This document shows, piece by piece, positions 1 to 13,346 of a DNA stretch of 64,000 nt. A program made the position numbers and the translations under genes. The notes under the pieces are model-generated. The model ran no database searches. It had not been told where the DNA came from and saw only the letters and a program-made list of their open reading frames with translations. The DNA lies in the NCBI GenBank assembly GCA_951406725.2, contig OX597828.1, positions 39,494,001 to 39,558,000 of the forward strand, given 5' to 3'. Source of the stretch: Octopus vulgaris. Taxonomy: Eukaryota. Position 1 is the first letter of the stretch. Each line of letters starts with the position of its first letter.

Positions 1-3000
1 TCGGATACTAGTAACGTGAATCTGGTTAAAGAACATAAACCCACAAATGCTGTTAAGCTGGGATGCATGTTTGGCCTGATATAATTTTAATGGAAATCAG
101 AAAATTTTGCTATAAATACAAGTCATCTCGGATTCGAATGAATAAGATATTGATTATTCACCAACTTCTGACGTGTGGAGCGAGAATGGAATGTATGTAT
201 CATGTACGTTAACAAAAGCCTTTAGTACTTGACGAGTTATCTGCTCTTACATTTCTGAATCTCTGTAAGCATTTACTTTAAATCTGTGAGAATAACATCC
301 AGTCATGTCGGAGGTAAGTAGAGATTCATCCATTTTTTATTTCCTCAGAAATTGAAGATAATTATATACTTCACTTTTGTGTATCTGTTTTCACCTTATA
401 GGATAGTTTGCTCTTAGATAATTTTCTGTACACTCTGTTTATGTGACTGCACGTTTCGATCAATTATAGATAACTTTCCTCTGCTATTTGGACATCTGGG
501 TTTCAATGAGTGAATTTAACTCCATCTCATCATAAGTCCTGTATGCATAGGCAGTTACATATGAACTACATTTTATCAATTCTGTGCTGATAAAAATCTA
601 GCTTCTCTAAATTTGAATGATTATACTATCGTTGGAGTTCGAGTCACAAACTGGAAGGAAAGTTAATCAGATATTCTGTGCTAGCTGATAAGGATATTTC
701 TCGAGGTTGTACCCACGAAGCACTTCATAACATGGGGTGTTAGATCGGACGGCGTGACGGTCCTGGAAAATATTTCTGAATAGCCTTTGTCTCCCGGTTA
801 GAATAAATTATAGTTGTGAGGATAAGTCACCTCTATTGAACACATTTGTTCACTTTCTGGTGGCGATCACCAGTTTTTACGCTGTATAAAAAAATAAGCT
901 GCTTCTTTCACTATTTATCTCCCCTTAATTTTAGTTCCTTTTTTTATATAACTAAATTGCAGTGGCAATCAGAGCATCAAGAAATTATATTTTTTTCAAC
1001 CAAAGACCTAACTGAAATGCTTGCGACATTTTATTCAATCAGTTATTGTTAGATCTTGATCAATTGCTAATTACGGAGGTATTACGTTGAGAATGGAATG
1101 TAAATTTCATGACTCAGAAATATAACCGGAGTTGTCTCCCGTACTTTCAAGGTAATTGAAAACTATTTTTTTTTATTCTTTTAACTTATCTGTACCTTGT
1201 ATTTCAAATTGTTCGAAAAAGGCTGAATATATCTACAGAACAATGTTATTTCTTAGCGTAGAACGTTCGTTACATAATTATAACAGGTTGCAGATAAATA
1301 GCGTTTTTTGTCGGCAGTACGATATGAAAAGTTATTTCCCCTTACATTCTTGAATAAGTCTAACCGGTTACAACACTTGAAATCATTGTAGCTTGTTCTC
1401 ACTGCAGCCCCTAATAAGGACTGTGCTTCACCGTTTTTTGGTTTTTTTTAAGGCTTATGTATTTTATAAGCAGCTGGAGAAACCCTGGTACCCATATTTT
1501 ACTATTTGCTAGATAGTTTTCCTCAACGAAGTCACTGTGTTTTGATGATGTCGACTGAAACGAGGTTGTCGTGTATCGGCTGTTGGATGTTTTTCAGATC
1601 TTTGTTCATAGGAAACGGTGCAATTCTGGTGGTGTGTGTCGTTGCGGGAGGGATGAGACATCAGTATAGAAAGTGTAGCCACACATCAAACCTGATGCAG
1701 CAGACTTAAGCTCAAAAGAACGGTTGAGGATTTTTTTGTGGGAAGAGGAGGAGGTTTCTGGCAGTGTATATGCATCCGATAAGAGAACTGAAGCCATTTC
1801 AGCTGCTATTGGCAGCAAGTAATCAGCCACAGATGTTCTTGTGTAGACGTTGGAGGAGGGGCTAAAGAAGATAGTATTATATTTTGTGAGATCTCAACAA
1901 CTGAGGACATTCATGTATTAGGGTTTCATTGGTAAATCACTTGGACAATCCAAGATAATGACTAAGATACACCAGCTCCAACCTGATAACCGAATCCCAG
2001 AATGGCTGTGTGGTTAAGGAGTTTGCTTTACAACCCAAATGATTTTAGGTTCAGTGCTGCTGCACAGCATGGTGTGGGCGTATTTTCTACTATAGCTTTA
2101 GATCACCCAAGCCTTATGAGTGGAATTGGTAGACAGAAGCTGTATGGAAAGCCCATCATGTGCGCGAGTGTCTAAATTGTCTTTCCTACTTCTTAAATAA
2201 GATGGTCTGAGTCAAAAAGCAGTGTTGTCGTACTTACATTCTTGGTAAATATTATGCCCAGTAACAGTGCATTCTCAAAGCAGTGGAATAAAAAAAAACC
2301 TTCATAAAAAGATAAAGGTCAGTGTCGGGAAGGGCATCCAGCTATAAAAATACCTCACTTATCCATACATGTACAAAAGGTGCTAATCTAACAGATTGTT
2401 CATTTATTCATATAACATCTCATTCTACACTGGTTGAAAAAGAAACATTTTCAATACAGTTTAATTTTCTTTGTCGTTTTTGTTTTTTTAAATTTAAGTT
2501 TAAGGAATTTTGTCATATGGTGCAAACTACTCTCCAATTGAAGACAAGAGGCTTGAGTAATTTACCAGATTTTTTTTTCTTTGATTATTGATACAAATCG
2601 AGAGAGAGATTCAAAATTCTTAAAAGAAATCTGACAAACAAATAAGGTTTCGAAAATTTAATATCTTCATAATGAAGTGAACAGACTTATATATATACAT
2701 CTCTTGGAGTGGTTGGCATTAGGAAGAAACCTTGCCATATCAGATTGGAGCCTGGTGCAGCCACCTGGCTTGCCAGTCCTCAGTCAAACCATCCAATCCA
2801 TGCCAGCATGGAAAGCAGACGTTAAATGATGATGATATATATACAAAACACACACACACAATATATACATTTATACACACATTCTTTATAGCTGTCCACT
2901 GATGATGATGATTAACATCCTCAAGACGATGTTCCAATCTTTGAGGTGTTGCTTCAGTTGTAGATGTAATATGCAGATGTTTGGTTGGAAGAGGACATTA

Positions 3001-5897
3001 CTTTATATTCTTTGCATCCTCCCAAAAGTAAGATGTCAAAGTGAATGACAAGTAGCAATGTCTTCCATCCTTGAAAGTTTTGATGTTTTACTTTTTCACA
3101 AGATAGCATGCACACAGACACACACACAATATCCATTTATAATCATTTATTTAAGATACAAAAATAGAGGCACAGCAGCTTCATATGTTGATGTTTTATT
3201 GTTTTTTGTTTTTTTTTAGTAATTGCTTATTAATAGCATCAGAAAAAAGAAGCAGATTGAATTGTTAATAGTTACTGATGTAAAAAAAAAAAAAGTTTCA
3301 ATGTAGTTAGGTTGGTGGGAGAAGGAATTATGAAACTAATGAGATGTAGTATACTACTCTACAGAGGCTAAATTGTAGGGCAGTGGATTGGCGCTCCTTC
3401 AATCCTGAGTTCCAATCCTGCTGAGACAAATTTTGCCCACCACCCTTCCAAAGTTGATGAAGTAGCAGTCAAGTACTGGAGTTGATCTAATTGATTGTGT
3501 GGCATTTTGCTTATATTGGGAATTGCTATTTATAAGAAATCCAGATCTACATTAATACAAAAGTACTAAAAAAAAAAGAAAAATGTGTGATCAATAAGTT
3601 TCAAGTGAAGATTATGATCACCTTGCATGAATACAAATAGCATTAAAAAAAATCTGATTTTGATTAATCTTGAATTTTAATTGAAGGACATAATCAATTT
3701 AATCAACCTCAATACCTGACTGGTGCTAATTTCATTGCTTCCCTCTCACCAGATGTAGGAACGAAATTGTTCCAATCACAATATTTGATAACAAGGAGTA
3801 ATCATCCAACATCATATCAATGAAAATATTTAGAGGAAGTCTCTGCATATATTATGTGAAAATAAATAATTTATTAAATAACTAAACTCCTTCAAATTTT
3901 ATACAAAGCAAACAGGAAGGAAAAAAAAAAAAAATGGTAGTAGAAATATGTTGGCAATGAGAAACATTATTCAACTCTAAAAATGGGATGAATTATCTGA
4001 AAACTCATCTCAAACATTCAATTTAAGTTCACTTAAATATTTCACTGTGTAGCTAGGCAAATTTAACTTAGCTCTAATTTTAATACAAAAATACTTGTTG
4101 CTATCTTATCCCTACCACAGACAGGACAAGGATATTATAATGGGCATCGCTACCCACTCCATCCATCAAAAATATTTCTAACTATAGTTTTTTTTTTTTT
4201 CCTGTTTTAAATGGTTTGGTCAAGAGAAACCTTCCAGATATAGTGCAGTTTATGTTTCTGAAAAACTAACTGCAAGAAAAATATTGGCAGGGAAGAAATT
4301 GTAAAGATTTGAAGCTCTGTGAAAGAAGGACAAAATGTATAGTCCAGAGTCGAAACAAAATGCCCTAAGTGGAATTGATCTCATGATCTACAAGCAGCTC
4401 TGTTCATGCCTCATCCCAGTCTTATTCTTCCCTAAATAATCATTTACAGAATTCCTTTTCATTTAAGGGTTTATCATAGGCATCACACTCATTGTTGTAA
4501 CATTTGCTTTTTCATGCTTGCATAGATCAGATGAGACTACTCTGGGGCAGAGTTTTCCACGGCCAGATATCCTTCCTGTTGCCAACCCTTACTTGTATCC
4601 AAGCAAGGCAATAAATCTCCCAGTCTATCGAACAACGGCCAGCCCGCACATGGTTACACAAAGAACCGGAAACAAACAGCACAGTCTGAATTAGACTTTT
4701 GTTTACAAAGATTGTGCAATATGTCAAGAAGCTTGGACATGCTTCACTGCAGTGGACAAGTGAAGCATTTGGGTTTCACTCAGAAACCACTGGTCAACTT
4801 GAGGTAATAGCAGCAGACATTTGCCCAGCATACCATGCAGTGGGGCTGATACTGGAACTACAGGACTGTGAAGCGATTTGCACCTACATAACTATATTCT
4901 CCTGATTTACTACAATTTTGATATCATGTGTGAATCTGTTTAACATATATTCTAAAAATATATTCAGAATTCCACTAAAGACTTGGTCTTAAGTCTCACT
5001 GCTCAAAACCGGTACTGAGGTAGTTATACCAAGTGTCCAATAGTCACAGGTTTATAAACTTATATATTGGAGTGTGGAATTATCATTACTTCACCTATCA
5101 ATCTGCCATATATATACACAAATAATACTCAGAAGTAAAGGTGAATTTGTAATTTTAATTTCATCAGGATAATAAGTCTTATTTCTAATTAAGATAAAAT
5201 GGGAAAGAACTGCTTTAAAATGAAATTGATGTTATTTTGGTTGTTCCTTCTAAAGCTCGGCAGGTGCTGCAATAGCCATATTTTGCTTGTTTTATCAAGC
5301 AAGTGCAATTCACTTTAGCTGCCAGGCAGGCTGTTACTCTAAGACCTGACTTGCATAATAAAATAGCCTTTTTGTAGTTAGATGTTATAACTAGTTTGAT
5401 TCCCAGTGTTATTTGTCATTATAATTTCATTGTAAAGAGTTATTTTGACTATTTACAATGAACAACATTTAAAATTACACTGTTGAAATAAAAGTGAATA
5501 TACAAACATACGTGTCTTACATAGCCAAAGCAACAACCACAAAGCACTTTCATACAATGTAAGGAAGGATTAACAACTTGGATTTTGATAAGATGTGAAT
5601 GTTGTGATGATATTCAACAGAATTTACATTTTAAGCAATTGTTTTCATTAAAATATGTTATACTAATTTTGCTTATATTAGGAATGACAGATTATTTCCA
5701 TTTGTAAGTAATTACAATTTTAATGATGTTTAGTCCAGGTAAGATAACAATGAAGTGTTAAGAAATCTGCTTTTAGATATCTAAAAAATTAATCAGATTG
5801 ATATAGCTTCTTCAGTTTGTGTTAAAGGTGCTAATTTGTTACAAGAAAATTAAAGATGACTTCAATTCCAGTCTTCATATTACAGACATTTCATCAT

Positions 5898-6002
5898 TCA
5901 CAAACCAGAAACTGACAAAGACCAGAGTCCAATTGTACTCAGCCAGATAATTTCTTCGAATTTACTTTTGTGTTTCATATGAATATGTTCCAGGAAGCCA
6001 TC
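5898..6002 (-). CDS. Bcl-2 family protein, coding exon 2 (end of BH2 and hydrophobic tail)
   Basis: Pyrimidine-rich acceptor (ttttattttccttaatgcag) followed by DGFLEHIHMKHKSKFEEIIWLSTIGLWSLSVSGL-stop. It joins exon 1 in phase 0 to give GGW|DGFLE (compare MCL1 GW|DGFVEF). The C-terminus is hydrophobic like a tail anchor. Intron 6003-12689. Confidence 0.88.
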   Translation of the reverse strand, partial: DGFLEHIHMKHKSKFEEIIWLSTIGLWSLSVSGL

Positions 6003-6899
6003 CTGCATTAAGGAAAATAAAAACATATAAGAAAATAGAATACAAAAAATAGAAAAATATGCAATTTTGGAAACTAGAGTGCTCTTAAGAAAGGTATTTC
6101 TATCTTTTCCACACAAAAGAAGCTTAAGGTTGAGATGGGTAACATAAACCTTTAACATTCAGATTACTCTGCCAAATATAATACTTATCTGTTCACAATG
6201 TTTTGAATTAAGCAAACCTTACCTCATAGCTTTGAGATTTCAACGTGACTATTTTTAGAATGACATTGTAGGGCAGGTGTGAGAGGCTAGATCTGGCTGA
6301 TATAAATATAAAACTGGTAGAATATTTTGGCTTGATATGGCCTGTTTAAATGTTCAAAGGTTAAGGCAGTCAGCAGTTTTTCACTTTTATTTTAGGGACA
6401 CTGCATGACAATAGTGTGTTCTGTGAATGATACCCCACAAAAGCAGGAAATTCTCCCTGACAACCACTAAAGCTAACAAGAATGCAAAATTAGCCAAGCA
6501 AGAATTGAGAAAAAGAAAAGTGAAAGCTTTGTATCTTGCAGCCACATTTTATGAATATATTTTAAATACATAAAATTGTTCCAGTCACTTCAAAGAGTGA
6601 ATCTTTTGAAAGCTGCTATTTTGCTAGAAATAGTAACCAAATATCCCTTAAATCACATCATTCTTTTTTTATTTAAAGAACATTAGATAATGTAGTCAGA
6701 GACAGCCCTCAAAGGATGGTTGGTCATAAATGGAAGCCTTTGACCATAGGTCTGTACTGTCAGGGTTGCCCTGGGGCTAAGCAATAATATATCAATTCCT
6801 AACAAACGTTTAATTGTTCCTTTAATTGTTAATATCTGAAATTTCTATAGAGGTGTATAGGCTTGCTCGAAACATCAAAGACTTCTTCCAATTTTCCAG

Positions 6900-7420
6900 A
6901 GGGTCAAACTTTCCATGGCAAGGAGCAATTGTTGGGAGTCCCTGAAATTCTAACATCTTCAAGAGAACAGCAAGCCATGGCTGTTTACCAAGCAGTGAAG
7001 AAATGAGGTATAACTGACAAAATTCAGGCACTTTGCTCAGATACGACAGCAAGCAACACAGGTCAAGTGAATGATGCCAGTACAAATCTAGAAAAGTTGT
7101 TCAATCGCAACCTGTTGTACTTCCCTTGCCATCATCACAATTTTGAGTTAGTTTTTAGGAGCTGTTTTGACTCACTGATGGGAGCAACTTCTGGTCCAGA
7201 CATGGCATTTTTCAAAAGATTTAGAGAAACTTGGACGAAACTCAAGAAGATTTACATAACTAGTAGCAATGAAGTGACTGATGATGTCTGCTCTACCATT
7301 CTTGAATACCACCTTTGTATGCAGAAACAACAACGAAATGATTACTGAGAATTGTTGGAGTTAATAATGATCTTTATTGGCAGCATTCCAAAGAACGGGA
7401 CATCGTTTCATACAATTGGC
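6900..7420 (+). mobile_element. Degenerate DNA transposase fragment (hAT/hATm-like)
   Basis: Frameshifted DT-ASNTG...LEKLFNRNLLYFPCHHHNFELVFRSCFD...SGPDMAFFKRFRETW with a CxxH-type motif; lies in the Bcl-2-like intron. Confidence 0.6.
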
Positions 7421-7869
7421 CTTTTCTCATTACAAAGGACTTGTATCAAAATGTTACAATGTACCACAGTTCTGATAGTCCACTCTGATACCCCAAATTC
7501 TTTAGCAATGGACCTCATTGATCTGGGGTTTTCATCAATAATGTTTTGAATGTTGTATAAATTCTGGTGTCCTTTTAGTGTTTGAGCGTTGTGAATATTT
7601 TTTTCTCTTTGATACAGAATGAAACATTATCATCACATGCCTCCAATTCCAACCAAAATTTATGTACAAATGATCTTGCAACACTGTGGCTTGCATGTAT
7701 ATTCATTTCTTGAGTTAGCATGATAAATTGAAAGGTTTATCAAAAAAAAAAAAAAGCTACATTAAATAATTTGAAGGTGTAATGAACTAAAAACAAAATG
7801 TCCTCAAATACCCCTCGCACCCTGTACAAGACATTTGTCCAATGAGCTGCACAGTGGTATTAAATTTAA

Positions 7870-8095
7870 AAGGCGGCGAGCTGGCAGAAACGTTAGCATG
7901 CCGGGCGAAATGCTTAGCGGTATTTCGTCTGCGTTACGTTGTGAGTTCAAATTCTGTCGAGGTCGACTTTGCCTTTCATCCTTTCGGGGTCGATAAATTA
8001 AGTACCAGTTACGCACTGGGGTCGATGTAATCGACTTAATACCTATGTCTGTCCTTGTTTGTCCCCTCTGTGTTTAGCCCCTTGTGGGCAATAAA
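7870..8095 (+). mobile_element. tRNA-derived SINE family B (representative copy)
   Basis: aaggcggcgagctggcagaaacgttagc...gagttcaaattc (B box)...gcctttcatcctttcggggtcgataaa. Further copies at ~18724-19121(-), 26270-26460, 28160-28370, 30091-30320, 37661-37888(-), 46833-47090(-), 54790-54998(-) and 59690-59890. Confidence 0.9.
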
Positions 8096-9599
8096 TAGGT
8101 ACTAAATTTAAAAACCAGATAGTAACAGAGGGAATTTAACAACAAAATTTCTGTACTGACAAGGAATAGAACAACATGGGGCAATAGCAGTATAGATCTA
8201 TACACACATCATCAGCAAGCAAAACTACAAAAGAAGTAAACATTTTGAAAATAATCTAATAAAAATTTTTAAAAACGAAGCTGTTGTAGAAAATTTTTTT
8301 AACAAGGTCCCAAAAATAAGGTGTGATGAGGGGGATTTATACTAAGAAAAAACAACGATGAAGAGATAACATTTGTAACACTTTTTAAATAGAATGGTCA
8401 CAGTTGAAACTTTCAGAAAAATGCATTTTTTGCACTTTTAAGTGCTCTCAAGTGTATGCACAATGAGTGCAAATCCTAGTCTGTGCAAAGGACAGACTGG
8501 TTATTTTCAAGTCTGAAAATGTCCTGTTTCAGCTATGTGTGACTAGTGATTTCTGAATTTAAAAAAAGAAATAGTTTAAGCTCTGGTTTTAGTCGCATTG
8601 TGTGACGGCTTTTGACAAGTATGCTATAGCACTTGGCCAACCGAAACCTTTTGAGTGGATTTGGTAGACGGAAATTGAAGGCTTGTCGTGCACACGCGTG
8701 AAACCACTGCTACCACTTGGTAACTGGTGTTAGTTTGTTTATGTTCCTCACAACTTAGTAGTGAAAAAAAGAACCATGGTTAAGTACCAGGTTTAGAAAA
8801 GAAAATTTACTGGGATCGATTTGTTCAACTAAACCCTTCAAGGCAGTTCCCTAACATGACTGCAACAAAAGGTAAAACATCTGGAATGAGACATTTTCAG
8901 AGCACAGGAAAATAGTGGCTTTAGGATCTATTATACACTTCAGTGAAAAACGTTCCACATATGGCCATTTTGTATATTATCTTGAGCGCTATGTATTGTT
9001 CTCGATTATGTACCGTGTCTTTTCTTTGTTAGACGGTAAGGTATTTGGCTGTTGAGTCTAGCAGGTCGGGCAACCACAGAGACGCCCTTGCTGGTTTGTT
9101 TTTTTGCGTAGTTTAGCCCAAGTAACGAATGAATATATGTCAGCCAACCTGAAGAGAGACGCGATTCGTCTGCTGCGCAAGAAGATAAACTGATATGCCG
9201 TGCGTGGGTAGATGAGAATGCAAACGCTTCGGACCAAGCCTCTAGTAATACGATGATGCAAAAATTCGCAATTGTTAACAGACTATTCATTTCGGCTAAG
9301 AATTAGGAGAGGTCGGAAAGTATGACGTTAACACATTCAAGAGAATACGTGACTGCTGGCAGATACATCGCCACCACCATCGACAAGAAGGCAATTCTGC
9401 TTTATACATGACATATAAAACCTCTTCATAACTTTATTATTATTTTATTATTATTTTAATTTTCAGAAATTTCTGGTGAATTTCTTTCTGTTCTACACAC
9501 GAGAATTCATACGACTATGAAATCTGTTTAAGTTTTCGAAATTTTATAAAATTTTAAAAAATTAGTTTAAATTTTTGGCTTAAATTCCAGTATTAGACC

Positions 9600-9720
9600 A
9601 TCTTTCGTCTCAAGTAGACCTTTCCGTCGATTTCCGTAAAAATTTTTTTTTTTTTTTACATATGGGCTTGCGGGAACTTTTGAAGTAATGAGAGCGAAAG
9701 GTCTACTAGAGACGAAAGAT
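9600..9720. mobile_element. Small MITE-like inverted repeat
   Basis: atctttcgtctcaagtagaccttt ... aaaggtctactagagacgaaagat (24-bp IR, 1 indel). Confidence 0.55.
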
Positions 9721-12689
9721 CGCCGACCATTAAATGCTCAGAGTAATGATTAAATTTTAGGTTCTGTTTGGTAACCGACAATTTCCGTTTCAAAAATAAA
9801 GTCAATTCGGCAAGATTTCAAGGCGAAATTGTAGCAATTTTAAAAAATGTTTGAAATACTAAGTGACAGATGTAATTAGATCTAGATCTACTCAAAACAG
9901 GATGTAAAAATGCTAAGAGCTAAGAAAGGAAACGAAAATTCACAAATATGAATTTCTACTCTTGTGTTAGTTACAGTGTGTGTGTTTATATATATACATG
10001 GGCGAAACAATATTTATTGTCGGATTTATGGATAAAATATTTATATATTTATCTAGAGAGTAGTATAGTTTTCGTTAAGTAATTGCCTCGTGTGAGTGTG
10101 TGTGTGTTTTAAAGCTAAAACAATGAAAGTTATGAGAAATAAGGTTTAGATGGCTTCTTTTGGAAATTTACAGAGCAATCAACACCTCTTCTCCGTAAAT
10201 TTCCAGAAGTGGTCTTTACTCTGAAATACTGAAAATTCCAAGTGACAGTACTAACCATCGACCTATACTTAGAAATAGAATTTTACTTAATTTACTATCG
10301 TCGAAAATGAGTGTTTAAAACTGAGACAAGGAAAAAAAAAAAATCAGCGAACACAACTCCTTTGCTATTTATATTTGGTTTTAAATAAATAATTCGATAA
10401 ATTAGGTCGGTCAAAATGTAAAGGAAAGTAATAACGGCAATTAAAATAATTTGGATTGTAGACTAATTTTACTCTCTTTTTGCAACCCAGAATAAAATTG
10501 GAGACTAAATCCGGTTTGGTAGCCTGCAAGTCTGGTTTTAATTTGATAACGAATCTGCCCATCCCACGAACTAATGAGAAAGTGGGAGAACTTCTACGTG
10601 GCAGCAATGATCCGCTAGAAATAGCAGCAAAATCTCACTCAGTACACCTCTCGGCCTCTTAAAAAAGAGAATATAAGTTTGGTAATATGATCTTGGATAG
10701 ATTAAGATAGATATTCACAGCTGGGGTGGCTTTGATCGTAAGCCTGCACGATCAATGCTCAAAACCGGAGCTAAGCTGCAACAACAAAGGCCTTGCAAAA
10801 AGCTACCCCCACACATTTGATGTGCTCGGTTGGCTCCACGTCACATATAATCAATGTTCTTTGTGTGACTGCGACTGAACTGACTTTTATACTCAACAAT
10901 CGATAATCAAAGTATCGAAGTCAAGGAAAATGATGAGTGTGTGTGTGTGTGCTTAGCAACAATAAGCAAAGAGAGAGAGATAGGGAAAATTGGTGAAATA
11001 TATATCAAGGAAAAGATTCCGCCCAAACTTTTAAACTTTATACATAAAGACGAGCGAACAGCTTATATTGTCGTTTGACTTGTTAAAAACCGAAGCCAAA
11101 TGTCCCTCAAACCAGTGTAACGTAGTCCTAGATATAGTGGGGGGAAAATAAAGATAAAAAGGAAGGCTGAAACAGCTTTATTGTCGGGTTATAATTCTAA
11201 AGTGCTATTAAATATACCGACAATAAAACTGGTTTGGTTAGGAAAAAAATTGCAGCCAAATCTCCATGGAATTAAGTCGTATTCTCTTAAAAATAAAATA
11301 TAATAATAGACGCATCGGATCATCTAAATCCTATACAACAAATTAAAAATAGTCTAAATATATGACGGGGTGGCCTTTGTCTGGAAAGTCTAATCATAGG
11401 ACTGAACTAATAGGATGACTTGGAACTAAACAACCACCACCCGATATAAAAAGAGGAGAGATAACTAATTATAGTTTGATTTGTATTGTGAATTTAAAAA
11501 ATTTTTTTCCGTTAATTATTTAAAAGAATTTAGATTGCTTGATATGGATATATTGTCAGACACAATCAAGCAAGGTCGACAACAGTAATTAACGGTCATA
11601 TAAAGTAACAGGGTATTAAGAGATTTCACTGCTATTTCAAGCAGGTCGAACGACTACGTTGAGGCAAGAACAAAATTTTTTTTTAAAAGGGGGAGGGGGT
11701 TGTGTGGAAAGGAATATATAGTTTATTGTTAATTGGCAATTATTTTGTCGGGAATGCGAAATCGAACTGAGTAGGGTTCGAACTCCATAACATAAAGCGA
11801 GGCGCCATAATGACATTAATTAGTGCAATATCATCCCCCTAACGTACTTCAATACTATTTGTATAATAATAAACTGTTTGTATATTAGGTACAGCATAAA
11901 GAAACAAAAGTTTGTGTGAGTGAGAGATTTCATATGAGAATAAAGATCTACAATATTTTTCGCACTTGGTACGTTATGCCGTCAATTAAAATATATTAAA
12001 TAATTAGGACTGTTTTACTGGTCCGTTTTGTAAGAAAAAGTGTTAAAGAATATATTATATAATGCTATTGTAAAACAATTTTTTACAGATAGACTTGCTA
12101 ATTGCTTTTTAATTTCAACTATAATATTTAAAGATAAACAACACCAATTTCGTTTATACTTTCATGATATGTCTGGAAAGTATTTTTATTCAATAAATTA
12201 AATGTGTTTATTTTCTTTTAAAACATGGGAGCAGAATTCTATTTAAGCAATGCCATATATGACCCCTCATAGCACATCTCACAACTGCCCCCGTTTGTTT
12301 GTCAGTCTGGTCTATTCAGATTTTTTGATATCTTTCTTCCCCATTAACACATTTAATTTGTTGGGATTTAAGCCAAAATTTAGGACTTGTTTATATTTCA
12401 AACTGTGATTTCTTTTTTAAATTCGAAAAAGTGACACAAAAAAATTTTTTTACAGTCGTGTAGTTTTCTGTATTAAGAATACAAATTCGTAAAATACTAC
12501 CAAGATAGTTATGAGAGATTATATGGCGTGCTTAAAGCAGAATTTCTCTCCGTAAAATAAATAAATAAAGGCCCATACAATTCTCAAAGCTTGTATTTTG
12601 TTTACTAAATCAGATCTCTAATATTTTATTTCACGTACAAAAAAAACATGAATTTTAAAAATAATTATATATAAAAAATTAAACCTCAC

Positions 12690-13205
12690 CCATCCGCCGT
12701 TATCATTTATCCATATGTCGATCTTGTGGTCTCTAAAGATTTTTATCAAGATTTGGTTATAATGTTCCCAGGAAAGGTCATGCTTTTTTGCTCGCTGATC
12801 TTCCGCCAAAAGGGCCAACATAATGAAAACCATAGAGATACGACGCCAATGCAGATTTTTCCGATCCTCCAGGATGGTGTCCACAACGCAACGATAGGCC
12901 TTTTGTATTGTAAATTCATCAGCAACTTCGCCTAACAATTGGGCAACGTTTTTATGCAGAGCATCTCTGTAAGTGTTGTAAATCTCTAATACTGATTTTC
13001 TCATGCCTGCACAAATGTCGGACTCGGGTTTCGAGATAAAGTGACCTTTATCGAAGTTTAACACCATGTCTTTGACAATTTTGGGCACTTCTTTTCTACA
13101 AAATTTCAGATTTTCTTCATTATCCATGTGCATTACCGATTGAAAGGGGTCCATAACAGGCGAGGAGTTAATACTACAAAAGATATTCGTCAGAACAGAG
13201 ACCAT
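12690..13205 (-). CDS. Bcl-2 family multidomain protein (Mcl-1/Bfl-1-like), coding exon 1
   Basis: First in-frame ATG at 13205 (the ORF-track start at 13268 is TTG). 172 codons include a BH4-like helix (IVKDMVL), a BH3-position helix (ICAGMRKSVLEI), BH1-like LEDRKNLHWRRISMVF and BH2 WINDNGGW. A GTGAGG donor follows immediately at 12689, the phase-0 intron position typical of Bcl-2/Mcl-1 genes. Confidence 0.9.
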
Positions 13206-13313
13206 CTTGAGGGATATTAACTGAGCGCCTGTTAAACTTTTTGAGGGAAACGATAAGAGCTTACTCAATGTAAACGCTTGCGACTTTAGAAGCGATTAAT
13301 GAAAGCTTTCTCT

Positions 13314-13346
13314 CTTTATATAAGAGTCCGCCTTTCTGATTGGCTG
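13314..13346 (-). promoter_or_regulatory. Core promoter of the Bcl-2-like gene (CCAAT box, GC-like box, TATA box)
   Basis: Minus strand reads cagCCAATcagaaAGGCGGactctTATATAAAG; TATA at 13322-13314, about 110 bp upstream of the ATG. Confidence 0.75.

Noticed and set aside
1506-1830. Overlapping 67-74 aa ORFs in a GC-richer patch
   Set aside because: No recognisable domain, and non-ATG starts; more likely a decayed repeat.
9006-9290. 94-aa minus ORF as exon 2 of the Bcl-2-like gene
   Set aside because: Weak acceptor and no BH2 continuation (xGF).
12618-12689. ORF-track C-terminal extension VRFNFLYIIIFK... as a transmembrane tail
   Set aside because: It is AT-rich intron read-through after the GTGAGG donor; the exon at 6002-5898 completes BH2 properly. 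Intron retention cannot be excluded.
12841-12852. A-to-I recoding restoring the BH1 glycine (R to G)
   Set aside because: The Arg codons are CGT, not AGA/AGG, so A-to-I editing cannot give Gly.
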